A stretch of DNA of 32,000 nt from Candidatus Karelsulcia muelleri PSPU (lineage in GTDB: Bacteria > Bacteroidota > Bacteroidia > Flavobacteriales > Blattabacteriaceae): assembly GCF_000829155.1 (NCBI RefSeq), contig NZ_AP013293.1:253353-285352 (forward strand), written 5' to 3'. Under the pieces are notes generated by a model, which worked only from the letters and a program-made list of their open reading frames with translations, was not told where the DNA came from and did no database searches. Position 1 is the stretch's first letter; every line of letters begins with the position of its first letter. Of the stretch, positions 18,040 to 28,584 are shown piece after piece. The position numbers and the translations under genes are program-made.

Positions 18040-19134
18040 ATGGCAGAAGTTATATTGATGCCTCGTTTAAGCGATACTATGGAAGAAGGTACTGTTGTCA
18101 AATGGCATAAAAATATAGGTGATCAAATTTTAGAAGGAGATATTTTAGCTGAAATCGAAACGGATAAAGCCATTCAGGAATTTGAAGCTGAATATAATTC
18201 GACATTACTTTATATTGGAATTAAAGAAGGAGAAAGTGCCCCAGTAAATAGTTTATTAGCTATTTTAGGTTCTGAACATGAAGATATTAGTTCTTTGCTA
18301 AAAGAAAGAAATGAAAAAAAAATTTTTGTTTCTCCTTTAGCTAAAAAAATTGCTTTTGATAAAGGAATCTCATTAGATCAGATTAAAGGCACTGGAAATA
18401 ATGGACGTATTATAAAAAAAGATATAGAAAAATATTATAAAAAAAATAAATTAAATTATAATGAAGTTGATCATTCTCATATGAGAAAAATAATTAGTAA
18501 AAGATTAATTAATTCTAAAATTGAATCACCTCATTATTCTTTATTTATAGAAATAATTATGGATAATTTAATTAAATTAAGAAACTCTCTTAATGAAAAA
18601 AAAAATTTAAATAAAATATCTTTTAATGATTTAATTGTGAAAGCTTCAGCTATAGCTATAAAAGAAAATACTAAAATAAATTCTTCTTGGACAGAAAAAA
18701 GTATATTATACCATAATAATATTAATATAGGTATAGCAGTAGCATTAGAAGATGGATTAATTGTTCCTGTAATTAATAATGTAGATAAAAAATCTTTAAG
18801 ACAAATATCTTTTGATATAAAAGAAAAAGTAATAAAAGCTAAAAAAAATAAACTACAATATAATGATTTAGAAGGTAGTACTTTTACTGTTTCCAATCTT
18901 GGAATGTTTGGTATAGATTCATTTACATCTATTATAAATCAACCTAATTCTTGTATTTTATCTGTAGGAAGTATAAAAAAAAAACCTATTATAAATAATG
19001 ATAAAATTGTAATAGGTAATACTACTAAATTCACATTAACATGTGATCATAGAATTATAGATGGTGCAGTAGGTAGTGATTATTTAAAAAGTTTAAAAAA
19101 CTTATTACAAAAGCCATTAAATATATTAATTTAA
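18040..19134 (+). CDS. pdhC: dihydrolipoamide acetyltransferase (PDH E2), single lipoyl domain
   Basis: 364 aa. Lipoyl domain with EIETDKA, E3/E1-binding domain (VSPLAKKIAFDKGISLDQIKGTGNNGRI.KKDIE), and catalytic domain with ..TCDHRIIDGAVG... Confidence 0.92.
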   Translation: MAEVILMPRLSDTMEEGTVVKWHKNIGDQILEGDILAEIETDKAIQEFEAEYNSTLLYIGIKEGESAPVNSLLAILGSEHEDISSLLKERNEKKIFVSPLAKKIAFDKGISLDQIKGTGNNGRIIKKDIEKYYKKNKLNYNEVDHSHMRKIISKRLINSKIESPHYSLFIEIIMDNLIKLRNSLNEKKNLNKISFNDLIVKASAIAIKENTKINSSWTEKSILYHNNINIGIAVALEDGLIVPVINNVDKKSLRQISFDIKEKVIKAKKNKLQYNDLEGSTFTVSNLGMFGIDSFTSIINQPNSCILSVGSIKKKPIINNDKIVIGNTTKFTLTCDHRIIDGAVGSDYLKSLKNLLQKPLNILI

Positions 19135-19859
19135 TTTTTTTTTATATATTTATAATATAATATTGGAATTATAAATATACTAATATTAGTTAAAGAAAAT
19201 AAAATTTTTACAATTTTACTTTGTAAAAAAGTAGTTAAATAATTATCTGGATAGTATATTTCATATATAGAAAATATTAATTTAAATCCTAATAAAATTA
19301 GAATAATAAATGCAGAGTTTTCTAAAGAAGAATATTTTTTTGTTAAATTTAAAATTTTTTTTGTACTAAATCTTATTATAAATAAACTTATAAAAATTCC
19401 TAAAAACATTAATAATGTATTATTAGAATAAGATATTCCTGCAAAAATGTTATCTATTGAAAATAAAATATCTATTATTTCTACATAAAAAATAGTTCTC
19501 CACATTTTAGGGATAAAATTTAAAATAAATATATTTTTTCTTAAAAAGAAAGGTTTTTTTTTATCTATAAAATGATTATATCCTAAATATATTAAATATA
19601 TTCCTCCAATTAATTTTAAATACCACATATTAATTATTACAGAAGCAAACATAAAAAAAAAAAATCTAAATAAATATGCTCCGTAAATTCCATATTTTAA
19701 CGTTTTTTCTCTATCTTCTTTATTAAGTTTATTAACAATAGTTGTTAATATGGCTGCATTATCTATAGATAATAGACAATCTATTAAGACTAAATTAAAA
19801 ATTATCGATATAGAATTGATAGGATTATATATAATTTCTTTTAAAAAATTATAATACAT
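19131..19859 (-). CDS. TerC-family integral membrane protein
   Basis: 242-aa multi-pass membrane protein with the paired TerC motifs ..LLSIDNAAIL.. and ..LFSIDNIFAG... Confidence 0.8.
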   Translation of the reverse strand: MYYNFLKEIIYNPINSISIIFNLVLIDCLLSIDNAAILTTIVNKLNKEDREKTLKYGIYGAYLFRFFFFMFASVIINMWYLKLIGGIYLIYLGYNHFIDKKKPFFLRKNIFILNFIPKMWRTIFYVEIIDILFSIDNIFAGISYSNNTLLMFLGIFISLFIIRFSTKKILNLTKKYSSLENSAFIILILLGFKLIFSIYEIYYPDNYLTTFLQSKIVKILFSLTNISIFIIPILYYKYIKKN

Positions 19860-19920
19860 GAATTATACGTTATATTAATATAATTATAATTAATAAATTT
19901 TTTTTTAAGTAAATCATTAA

Positions 19921-21925
<2,005 letters not shown>

Positions 21926-21932
21926 AAAAAAA

Positions 21933-22352
21933 TTAATTAAAATTTGGAATTTTATTAAAAAATAAAATTCTATTATTTTTTTTATCTATTTTAAATATTA
22001 AATAATTTATATAATTAGTAATTATTAAATAATTACTTTTAAGAAAAAAAAAATATTTAATGATTTGATCAAATACTTTTTGTGAAAAAATACATGAAGA
22101 TTTACATTCAATAAGAATATAAGGTTTTTTTTTATTATAAACTATAATATCTATACGTTTTTTTACCTTATTAAATATAAAATATTTCTCTACAAAAATA
22201 GAAGAGATATCATATCCTTTATTTATAATTAAATGATATAATATATTTTGTCTAATAAATTCTTCTTTAGTAAAAATATAATATTTATTTCTAATAATAC
22301 AATAAATATATGTATTATTATTATAATATTTATAATAAAAATTATATTTCAT
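21933..22352 (-). CDS. small HsdR_N-like / PD-(D/E)xK-fold protein of unknown function
   Basis: 139 aa. The pattern ..TKEEFIRQN.LYHLI..KGY....I.VEK......KKRIDIIVYNKKKPYILIECKSS.......FDQI.KY...L...YLIITN.. matches my memory of the 'type I restriction enzyme R protein N-terminal domain' family, widespread as a stand-alone protein in Bacteroidota. The D..ExK triad appears intact (D68, E82, K84). Confidence 0.7.
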   Translation of the reverse strand: MKYNFYYKYYNNNTYIYCIIRNKYYIFTKEEFIRQNILYHLIINKGYDISSIFVEKYFIFNKVKKRIDIIVYNKKKPYILIECKSSCIFSQKVFDQIIKYFFFLKSNYLIITNYINYLIFKIDKKNNRILFFNKIPNFN

Positions 22353-22360
22353 TTAAAAAA

Positions 22361-23318
22361 ATGTTCTTAACATATAAAAAAAAAATACTTCAAGATTTGA
22401 AGAATAAAAAAATAAAACCTATTTATTTTTTTATGGGAGAAGAAAGATATTTAATAGAAAATTTATCTAATTCAATTGAATTTTTTTTTTAAAAAAAAAA
22501 TTTTTAATAAAAAAATCATATATGGATATGATATAGATCTTAAAAATCTTATTTTTGTTGTAAAACAAATTCCTATACATATAGAAAATTTATACAATTT
22601 GATAATTGTAAAAGAAGCACAATATTTAGCATACAATATTGAAAATTTATATAAATTAATAATTAATAGTAATACTATTTTAATTATTTGTTATAATGAT
22701 AAAATTCTTGATAAGAACACAAAATTATATAATAAAATTAAAAATATTGGAACTATCTATAATAGTGTAAAATTAAAAAAAATAGAAATTTTTTATTTTA
22801 TTCAATATGAAATTGAAAAAATAGGATTTATTATTACTAATAATGCTATTAACCTTATAATAAAATATATAGGTAAAAATTTATATAAAATAAATAATGA
22901 AATAAAAAAAATTTTAATATTATTAAATGATAAAAAAAAAATAGATAAAAAATTTATAAAAAAAAATTTATTAAAAGATAATAATAAATATTCTAAATTA
23001 GAATTATATATAGTAAAAAAAGATTTATTTAAATCTTATAAAACAATTTTTAATTTAAAAAATGTAACAATTAGTATTGTATTAAATAGAATATATATTT
23101 TTTTTATTAAAATAATTAAATTTAATTTATTAAAATTAAATAATTTTAATTTTATTAAAAAAAAAAATATATATTTTAAAGCAATAAAAATTTATCCATT
23201 AAATAAAATAAAAAATATTATTTCATATATAAGAGAATCAGACACTAAAATAAAAAATTCTTCATTAAAAAATGAATATCTTATAAAAGAACTTTTGTCT
23301 AAAATATTTAATAATTAA
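22361..23318 (+). CDS. holA: DNA polymerase III delta subunit, interrupted by a +1 frameshift at 22490 (would be flagged pseudo by pipelines)
   Basis: ATG 22361 opens MFLTYKKKILQDLKNKKIKPIYFFMGEERYLIENLSNSIEFFF*, which looks like the delta N-terminal box. The remainder (..IYGYDIDLKNL....KQIP........LIIVKEAQYL... to 23318) is in the +1 frame (ORF track 22476..23318). The halves join across T10-A10. The sequence is very divergent, so the call rests on motif order, length (~320 aa joined) and the HsdR_N neighbour. Confidence 0.7.
22481..22505. repeat. homopolymer junction T10-A10-T5 at the holA frame break
   Basis: Read directly: gaa tttttttttt aaaaaaaaaa ttttt (T10 22481-22490, A10 22491-22500, T5 22501-22505). 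Confidence 0.95.
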
Positions 23319-23323
23319 TAAAT

Positions 23324-24253
23324 ATGGATAAAATCTATGATTGCATTATTATAGGATCAGGACCTGCTGGATATTCTTCTGCTATTTATATAGCTCGTGC
23401 AGATTTAAATCATATTTTATATACAGGTAATAAACCTGGTGGGCAACTTATAGAAACTAATGAAATAGAAAATTATCCTGGATTTCCTAAAGGAATAAAA
23501 GGTTATATTTTAATGAAAAAATTACAAAAACAAGCTGAAAGATTTGGCTCAAAAATAAAATTTAATTCTGTAAAAGATATAAATTTTTATAAAAAAAAAA
23601 CACATGAAATAATATTAGATAATAATGAAAAATTCAAAACTAAAACTATAATTATAGCAACAGGAGCATCTCCTAAATATCTAGATATAGATAATGAGAA
23701 ATCATTGATAGGACATGGAATATCTACATGTGCAACATGTGATGGATTTTTTTATAAAAAAACCAATGTGGCTATTATTGGAGGGGGGGATAAAGCTCTT
23801 GAAGAAGCTATTTATTTATCAAAAATATGTAATAAAATATATATTATAATTAGAAAAAATAAAATTAAAGCTTCTAAAATATTAGAAAATAAAATTTTAC
23901 AGATTAATAATATTAAATTATTATTTAATAATGAAGTTAAAAAAATAATAGGGTTAAAAACCCTAGAATATTTATTATGTAAAAATAATCTTTCTAATGA
24001 AGAAAAAAAAATAAATGTAAAAGCTATTTTTTTAGCTATAGGTAATAAACCTAATACTAATTTAGTAAAAAAAAAATTATATTTAGATTATAATGGTTAT
24101 ATAATAACAAAAAAAGGATCTACTAAAACCAATATACCTGGAGTATTTGCAGCAGGAGATGTTCAAGATCCAATATATAGGCAAGCTATTACATCAGCTG
24201 GTACAGGATGTATGGCCGCAATAGATGTGGAAAAATATTTAACTTTATTTTGA
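23324..24253 (+). CDS. trxB: thioredoxin-disulfide reductase
   Basis: 309 aa. FAD motif IIIGSGPAG, redox-active CATCDG, NADPH motif GGGDKALEEA and ..GVFAAGDV.D... TGA stop. Confidence 0.94.
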   Translation: MDKIYDCIIIGSGPAGYSSAIYIARADLNHILYTGNKPGGQLIETNEIENYPGFPKGIKGYILMKKLQKQAERFGSKIKFNSVKDINFYKKKTHEIILDNNEKFKTKTIIIATGASPKYLDIDNEKSLIGHGISTCATCDGFFYKKTNVAIIGGGDKALEEAIYLSKICNKIYIIIRKNKIKASKILENKILQINNIKLLFNNEVKKIIGLKTLEYLLCKNNLSNEEKKINVKAIFLAIGNKPNTNLVKKKLYLDYNGYIITKKGSTKTNIPGVFAAGDVQDPIYRQAITSAGTGCMAAIDVEKYLTLF

Positions 24254-24990
24254 ATAAAAAAATACTTATTATTTATGGTATAAACCCTTTATATGAAGCA
24301 ATAAAATATAAAAAAAAAATTTATAAAATATTTATAATAAAAAATATTTATAATAATAATTATAAATTAAAAAAAATAATAGAATTTTCTAAAAAAAAAA
24401 AAATTAAAATTATTGAAAAAATAAATTTTAAAAAATTCATTAAAAAAAATCATCAAGGAGTATTTGCCTTTATTAATCCTATAAAATTCTCTAAAATAGA
24501 AAATATTATACCTAATATTTTTTTTTCTGGAAAAATACCATTGTTATTAATTTTAGATAGTATAACAGATGTTAGAAATTTTGGTTCTATTGTTAGAACT
24601 TCAGCTTGTACTGGTGTAGATGCTATTATTATTCATAATTACAATATAGTAAATAGTGATTCTATAAAAACATCATCAGGTGGGCTTTTTAAAGTACCAA
24701 TCTGTAAAGAAAATAATATAATTAAAATTATTAAATTTTTAAAAAATTCTGGAATACAAGTTATAGCTGTCACAGAAAAAACAAATTATATATGCTATAA
24801 TATTAATTATAGAAATCCTACAGCTTTTATATTAGGAAATGAAGAAAAGGGAATATCAAAAAATTATTTATCAATTTGTAATAATACCGTTAAATTACCT
24901 TTATTAAAAAATTCTTTATCATCTTTAAATGTTTCAGTAGCTTGTGGGGCAATTTTATATGAAGCAATTAGACAAAGAAGTTTATATTAA
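24208..24990 (+). CDS. SpoU/TrmH-family RNA 2'-O-methyltransferase (RlmB-like)
   Basis: ..[11 protein letters not shown].. N-terminal substrate-binding domain plus SpoU motifs (..RNFGSIVRT.., ..LGNEEKGIS.., ..[13 protein letters not shown]). The true start is more likely TTG 24250 ([10 protein letters not shown].., a TTGA overlap with the trxB stop) than ATG 24208, which would overlap trxB by 46 nt. Confidence 0.85.
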   Translation: MYGRNRCGKIFNFILNKKILIIYGINPLYEAIKYKKKIYKIFIIKNIYNNNYKLKKIIEFSKKKKIKIIEKINFKKFIKKNHQGVFAFINPIKFSKIENIIPNIFFSGKIPLLLILDSITDVRNFGSIVRTSACTGVDAIIIHNYNIVNSDSIKTSSGGLFKVPICKENNIIKIIKFLKNSGIQVIAVTEKTNYICYNINYRNPTAFILGNEEKGISKNYLSICNNTVKLPLLKNSLSSLNVSVACGAILYEAIRQRSLY

Positions 24991-25967
24991 AATTCTTTTT
25001 TAAATTGTTCTAAAAATCTTAAATCATTTTCAAAAAAAAATCTAATATCATTTAGATGATAAATCATTAATGAAATACGTTCTATTCCCATACCAAAAGC
25101 AAAACCTGAATATAGATCAGGATCTATATTAACATTTTTTAAAACTATAGGATCTACCATCCCACATCCAATGATTTCAAGCCATTTATTATTCCATAAT
25201 ATATCTAATTCTGCACTTGGTTCTGTAAATGGAAAATAAGATGGTCTTAATCTAGTTATAGATTTACCAAAAAAATTTTTAATAAAAAAATTAATAGTAT
25301 TTTTTAAATCTTTAAATGAGACTTTTTTATCTAAATATAATCCTTCGATTTGATGAAACATACAATGAGAATATGAAGAAATATTTTCATTTCTATACAC
25401 CCTACCTGGTGAAATTATTCTTATAGGAGGTTTATTTTTTTCCAGATACCTTATCTGGACTGAAGATGTATGTGTTCTTAATAATTTAGAACTTTTTTTA
25501 ATAAAAAAAGTATCTTGCATTTCTCTAGCAGGATGATTATATGGAAAATTTAATGCTGTAAAATTATACCAATCATCTTCTATTTCTGGGCCTTCACAAA
25601 TTTTAAATCCTATTTTATTAAAAATATTTATAATTCTATTTTTTATTATAGAAATAGGATGTCTAGATCCTAGATATTTTTTATTACCAGGTTTTGTTAA
25701 ATCCTCTATATTATTATTAATATTTTTTTTTTTTAAAAAAAAATTTTTATAATATAAAAAAATATTTTTAATATTTTTTTTAAATGTATTAAGTGATAAT
25801 CCTATATTTTGTTTTTCATAATTATTAATATATTTAAATTCTTTAAAAAAAGAATTTAATATTCCTTTTTTACCTAAATATTTTATTCTAAATATTTCTA
25901 ATTCTGAAGCAGAATTAATATTAATTTTAGATAATTTTTTGTTTAAATTTTTAATCTTTTTTAACAT
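24987..25967 (-). CDS. pheS: phenylalanine--tRNA ligase alpha subunit
   Basis: 326 aa. ..GSRHPI.., ..[21 protein letters not shown].., ..LRTHTS.VQ.R.., and class II motif 3 ..[11 protein letters not shown]... Its ATG overlaps the ilvA stop (TAATG on the minus strand). Confidence 0.93.
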   Translation of the reverse strand: MLKKIKNLNKKLSKININSASELEIFRIKYLGKKGILNSFFKEFKYINNYEKQNIGLSLNTFKKNIKNIFLYYKNFFLKKKNINNNIEDLTKPGNKKYLGSRHPISIIKNRIINIFNKIGFKICEGPEIEDDWYNFTALNFPYNHPAREMQDTFFIKKSSKLLRTHTSSVQIRYLEKNKPPIRIISPGRVYRNENISSYSHCMFHQIEGLYLDKKVSFKDLKNTINFFIKNFFGKSITRLRPSYFPFTEPSAELDILWNNKWLEIIGCGMVDPIVLKNVNIDPDLYSGFAFGMGIERISLMIYHLNDIRFFFENDLRFLEQFKKEF

Positions 25968-27220
25968 TAAATAAGTATATCAAATAAATCTGGGTTATCA
26001 TTAATATATTGATAATGTATATTATATTGTTTCATTTTTTTTATCATTCCTGAAAAATTTTCTTTATCTGATAATTCTATTCCTATTACAGCTGGACCTT
26101 CTTCTTTAGAAGTTTTTTTAGAATATTGAAAATATGTAATATCATCATTAGTACCTAAAATAGTACTTACAAATTCTTTAAGTGCTCCAGCACGTTGAGG
26201 AAATCTCACTATAAAATAATGTTTTAATCCTTTATAGATCAAAGATCTTTTTCTAATTTCTTCTGTTCTAATAATATCATTATTTCCTCCACTTAATATA
26301 CAAACTACATTTTTATTTATGATTTTATCATAATAAATATCTAATGCTGATATAGATAAAGCACCAGCAGGTTCAGCGACTATTGCTTCTAAATTATATA
26401 AATCAAGTATTGTTGTACAAACTTTTCCTTCATGTAAAGGTTTTATATCAAATAATACTTTTTTACAAATATTAAAATTTAATAATCCTACTTTTTTTAC
26501 AGATGCACCATCTATAAATCTATCTATATTTTTTAATTCAATTACTTTATTTTCAATAAATGAAAAACTCATAGAAGGCGCTCCTTTCGGTTCTACACCT
26601 ATTATTTTAGTATATGGACTTATATGATAAAAATAACTTCCTACTCCAGAAGCTAATCCACCACCTCCAACAGGAAGAAAAATATAATCTACCTTATCTT
26701 TCATTTGTTGTAAAATTTCTAATCCTACTGTTCCTTGTCCTTCTATAATTTTTTTATCATCAAATGGATGTATAAATTTTTTTTTTTTACAAGATTTAAA
26801 TGCTTTATAATTACATTCATCAAATGTATCTCCTGTTAATATAATCTTAATATATTGTTTTCCAAACATTTTAACTCTATCTATTTTTTGTTTTGGAGTA
26901 GTTATAGGCATATATATTGTTCCATAAATTTTTAATTTATTACATGAATAGGCTACACCTTGTGCATGATTACCAGCACTTGCACATACAATACCATTTT
27001 TAAGATCATCATTTGATATACTTTTAATTTTATTGTATGCACCTCTAATTTTATATGATCTGACTATTTGTAAATCTTCTCTTTTTAAGAAAATATTACA
27101 TTTATATTTTTCTGATAAAATATTATTTTTTTGTAAAGGAGTATTATAAATTATATCTTTTAAGATATATTTTGCTTCTATTATATCTTTAACTGATGGA
27201 AAATATTCGTTTGAATTCAC
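25967..27220 (-). CDS. ilvA: threonine ammonia-lyase (biosynthetic threonine dehydratase), single ACT-like regulatory domain
   Basis: 417 aa. PLP-Lys motif ..[17 protein letters not shown].., ..[11 protein letters not shown].., ..GGGGL.SG.. and a C-terminal ACT-like domain. GTG 27220 is the only start candidate I see before the in-frame upstream TAA (27232-27230). Confidence 0.9.
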   Translation of the reverse strand: MNSNEYFPSVKDIIEAKYILKDIIYNTPLQKNNILSEKYKCNIFLKREDLQIVRSYKIRGAYNKIKSISNDDLKNGIVCASAGNHAQGVAYSCNKLKIYGTIYMPITTPKQKIDRVKMFGKQYIKIILTGDTFDECNYKAFKSCKKKKFIHPFDDKKIIEGQGTVGLEILQQMKDKVDYIFLPVGGGGLASGVGSYFYHISPYTKIIGVEPKGAPSMSFSFIENKVIELKNIDRFIDGASVKKVGLLNFNICKKVLFDIKPLHEGKVCTTILDLYNLEAIVAEPAGALSISALDIYYDKIINKNVVCILSGGNNDIIRTEEIRKRSLIYKGLKHYFIVRFPQRAGALKEFVSTILGTNDDITYFQYSKKTSKEEGPAVIGIELSDKENFSGMIKKMKQYNIHYQYINDNPDLFDILI

Positions 27221-27236
27221 TTCTTTATTTTAAGAA

Positions 27237-27271
27237 TTAGGCTTAAATTAAGTTATTAAAAATAAGCCTAA
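27237..27271 (-). terminator. perfect 9-bp stem / 17-nt loop hairpin between ilvC and ilvA (terminator, attenuator or processing site; function unknown)
   Basis: TTAGGCTTA (27237-27245) is the exact reverse complement of TAAGCCTAA (27263-27271). This is the only GC-containing inverted repeat I found in an intergenic spacer. It lies 8 nt after the ilvC stop and 16 nt before the ilvA GTG. The trailing sequence UUCUUAAAAUAAAG is only a weak U-tract. Confidence 0.3.
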
Positions 27272-27279
27272 AATATTAA

Positions 27280-28314
27280 TTATGGTCTTAGTTTACGTAC
27301 TATTTTACCTGTTTTCCATAATTCACTTTCTTTTATTTCTTTTAATTCTTTTTTAAGATTTTTTCTATAATTTTTTTTACTATTTGATAGTATAGTTTTT
27401 TCAGCTTCTCTTCCTGAAGAAACTTCTTTATAAAGGTTGATAAATAGAGGTATATTAATATCTCTAAATGTTTTCCACCAATCTAAAGCCCCCCTTTGGG
27501 CAGTTGTAGAACAATTTTCATACATCCAATCCATTCCTTTTTCTGCTATTAAAGGCATAAGACTTTGTGTTAATTCTTCTACTGTTTCATTAAATGCTTC
27601 TGATGGAGAATGACCATTTTCTCTTAAAATTTTATATTGAGCAGAAAAAAGGCCTTGTATTGCTCCCATTAAAGAGCCTCTTTCTCCTGTTAAATCAGAA
27701 TAAACTTCTTTTTTAAATGTTGTTTCAAATAAAAAAGCTGATCCTATTCCCATTCCTATAGATAAAGCTCTTTTTTTTGCTTTTCCAGTATAATCTTGAT
27801 TAATAGCATAACTTGAATTAAGACCTTTTCCTTCTTTGAAAAGTCTTCTTAGACTAGTTCCTGAGCCTTTTGGAGCAACAAGAAATATATCTATATTTTT
27901 AGGAGTATAAATTTTTGTTTTTTTCTTAAAAGTTAATCCAAACCCATGTGAAAAGTATAAACCTTTTCCTGAAGACAAATATTTTTTTATTTTTGGCCAA
28001 ACTGCAATTTGCCCGGCGTCAGATAATAAAAACATTATTATTGTACTTTTTTCTACTCCTTCTTCTATAGAAAATAATGTTTTATTTTCTATCCAACCAT
28101 CTTTTAATGCATTATCCCATGACTTTGAGTTTTTTCTTTGTCCAACTATAACATTAAATTCATTATCACGTAAATTAAGTGCTTGTCCAGGACCTTGAAC
28201 GCCATAACCTAATACACATATAGTTTCATTTGAAAGAAATTTTCGAGCTTTTTTTAAAGAAAAATCTTTTCTTGTTATAATTTCTTCTTCAATTTTTCCA
28301 AATTTAAATTTCAT
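27280..28314 (-). CDS. ilvC: ketol-acid reductoisomerase
   Basis: 344 aa. Rossmann motif ..VLGYGVQGPGQALNLRDN.. and a KARI C-terminal knotted domain (..SHGF.., ..GERG.L.G..). Operon context. Confidence 0.92.
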   Translation of the reverse strand: MKFKFGKIEEEIITRKDFSLKKARKFLSNETICVLGYGVQGPGQALNLRDNEFNVIVGQRKNSKSWDNALKDGWIENKTLFSIEEGVEKSTIIMFLLSDAGQIAVWPKIKKYLSSGKGLYFSHGFGLTFKKKTKIYTPKNIDIFLVAPKGSGTSLRRLFKEGKGLNSSYAINQDYTGKAKKRALSIGMGIGSAFLFETTFKKEVYSDLTGERGSLMGAIQGLFSAQYKILRENGHSPSEAFNETVEELTQSLMPLIAEKGMDWMYENCSTTAQRGALDWWKTFRDINIPLFINLYKEVSSGREAEKTILSNSKKNYRKNLKKELKEIKESELWKTGKIVRKLRP

Positions 28315-28338
28315 AAAAATTATTTTTTGTATAAAATT

Positions 28339-28584
28339 TTATTTATAATAATAAAAAAAAATTTTATTTATTCCTATAATTTTTTTTATTGGTTTAATAA
28401 TTTTATAAACTTTTTTTGTTTTAATTTCAAATTTTATTATGTAAAAATAATTAGTAAATAATTTTTTTTCTAATAAAGAAATTTTCTTAAAATTAATATT
28501 TCTTCTATTTAAAGTTAGAAGAATTCTTATTAAAGAACCTATTAAATTATCTGAAATAAGAATAATATGTAATTTTTTATTCAT
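28339..28584 (-). CDS. ilvN: acetolactate synthase small (regulatory) subunit, reduced to a bare ACT domain (81 aa)
   Basis: ..HIILISDNLIGSLIRILLTLNRRNINFKKISL.. follows the ACT-domain pattern of IlvN/IlvH (V.N..G.L.R..GLF.RR..NI.S). It lies between ilvB and ilvC, and its ATG overlaps the ilvB 3' end by 8 nt. Confidence 0.7.
   Translation of the reverse strand: MNKKLHIILISDNLIGSLIRILLTLNRRNINFKKISLLEKKLFTNYFYIIKFEIKTKKVYKIIKPIKKIIGINKIFFYYYK

Noticed and set aside
18534-18896. 120-aa minus-strand ORF antisense to the PDH E2 catalytic domain
   Set aside because: It lies opposite a well-supported CDS, has no motifs and no independent start context. Treated as spurious.
19860-19920. Possible Mn2+ (yybP-ykoY) riboswitch in the TerC-family gene leader
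   Set aside because: The spacer is only 61 bp, is shared with the divergent pfkA, is almost pure A/T, and has none of the conserved riboswitch helices.
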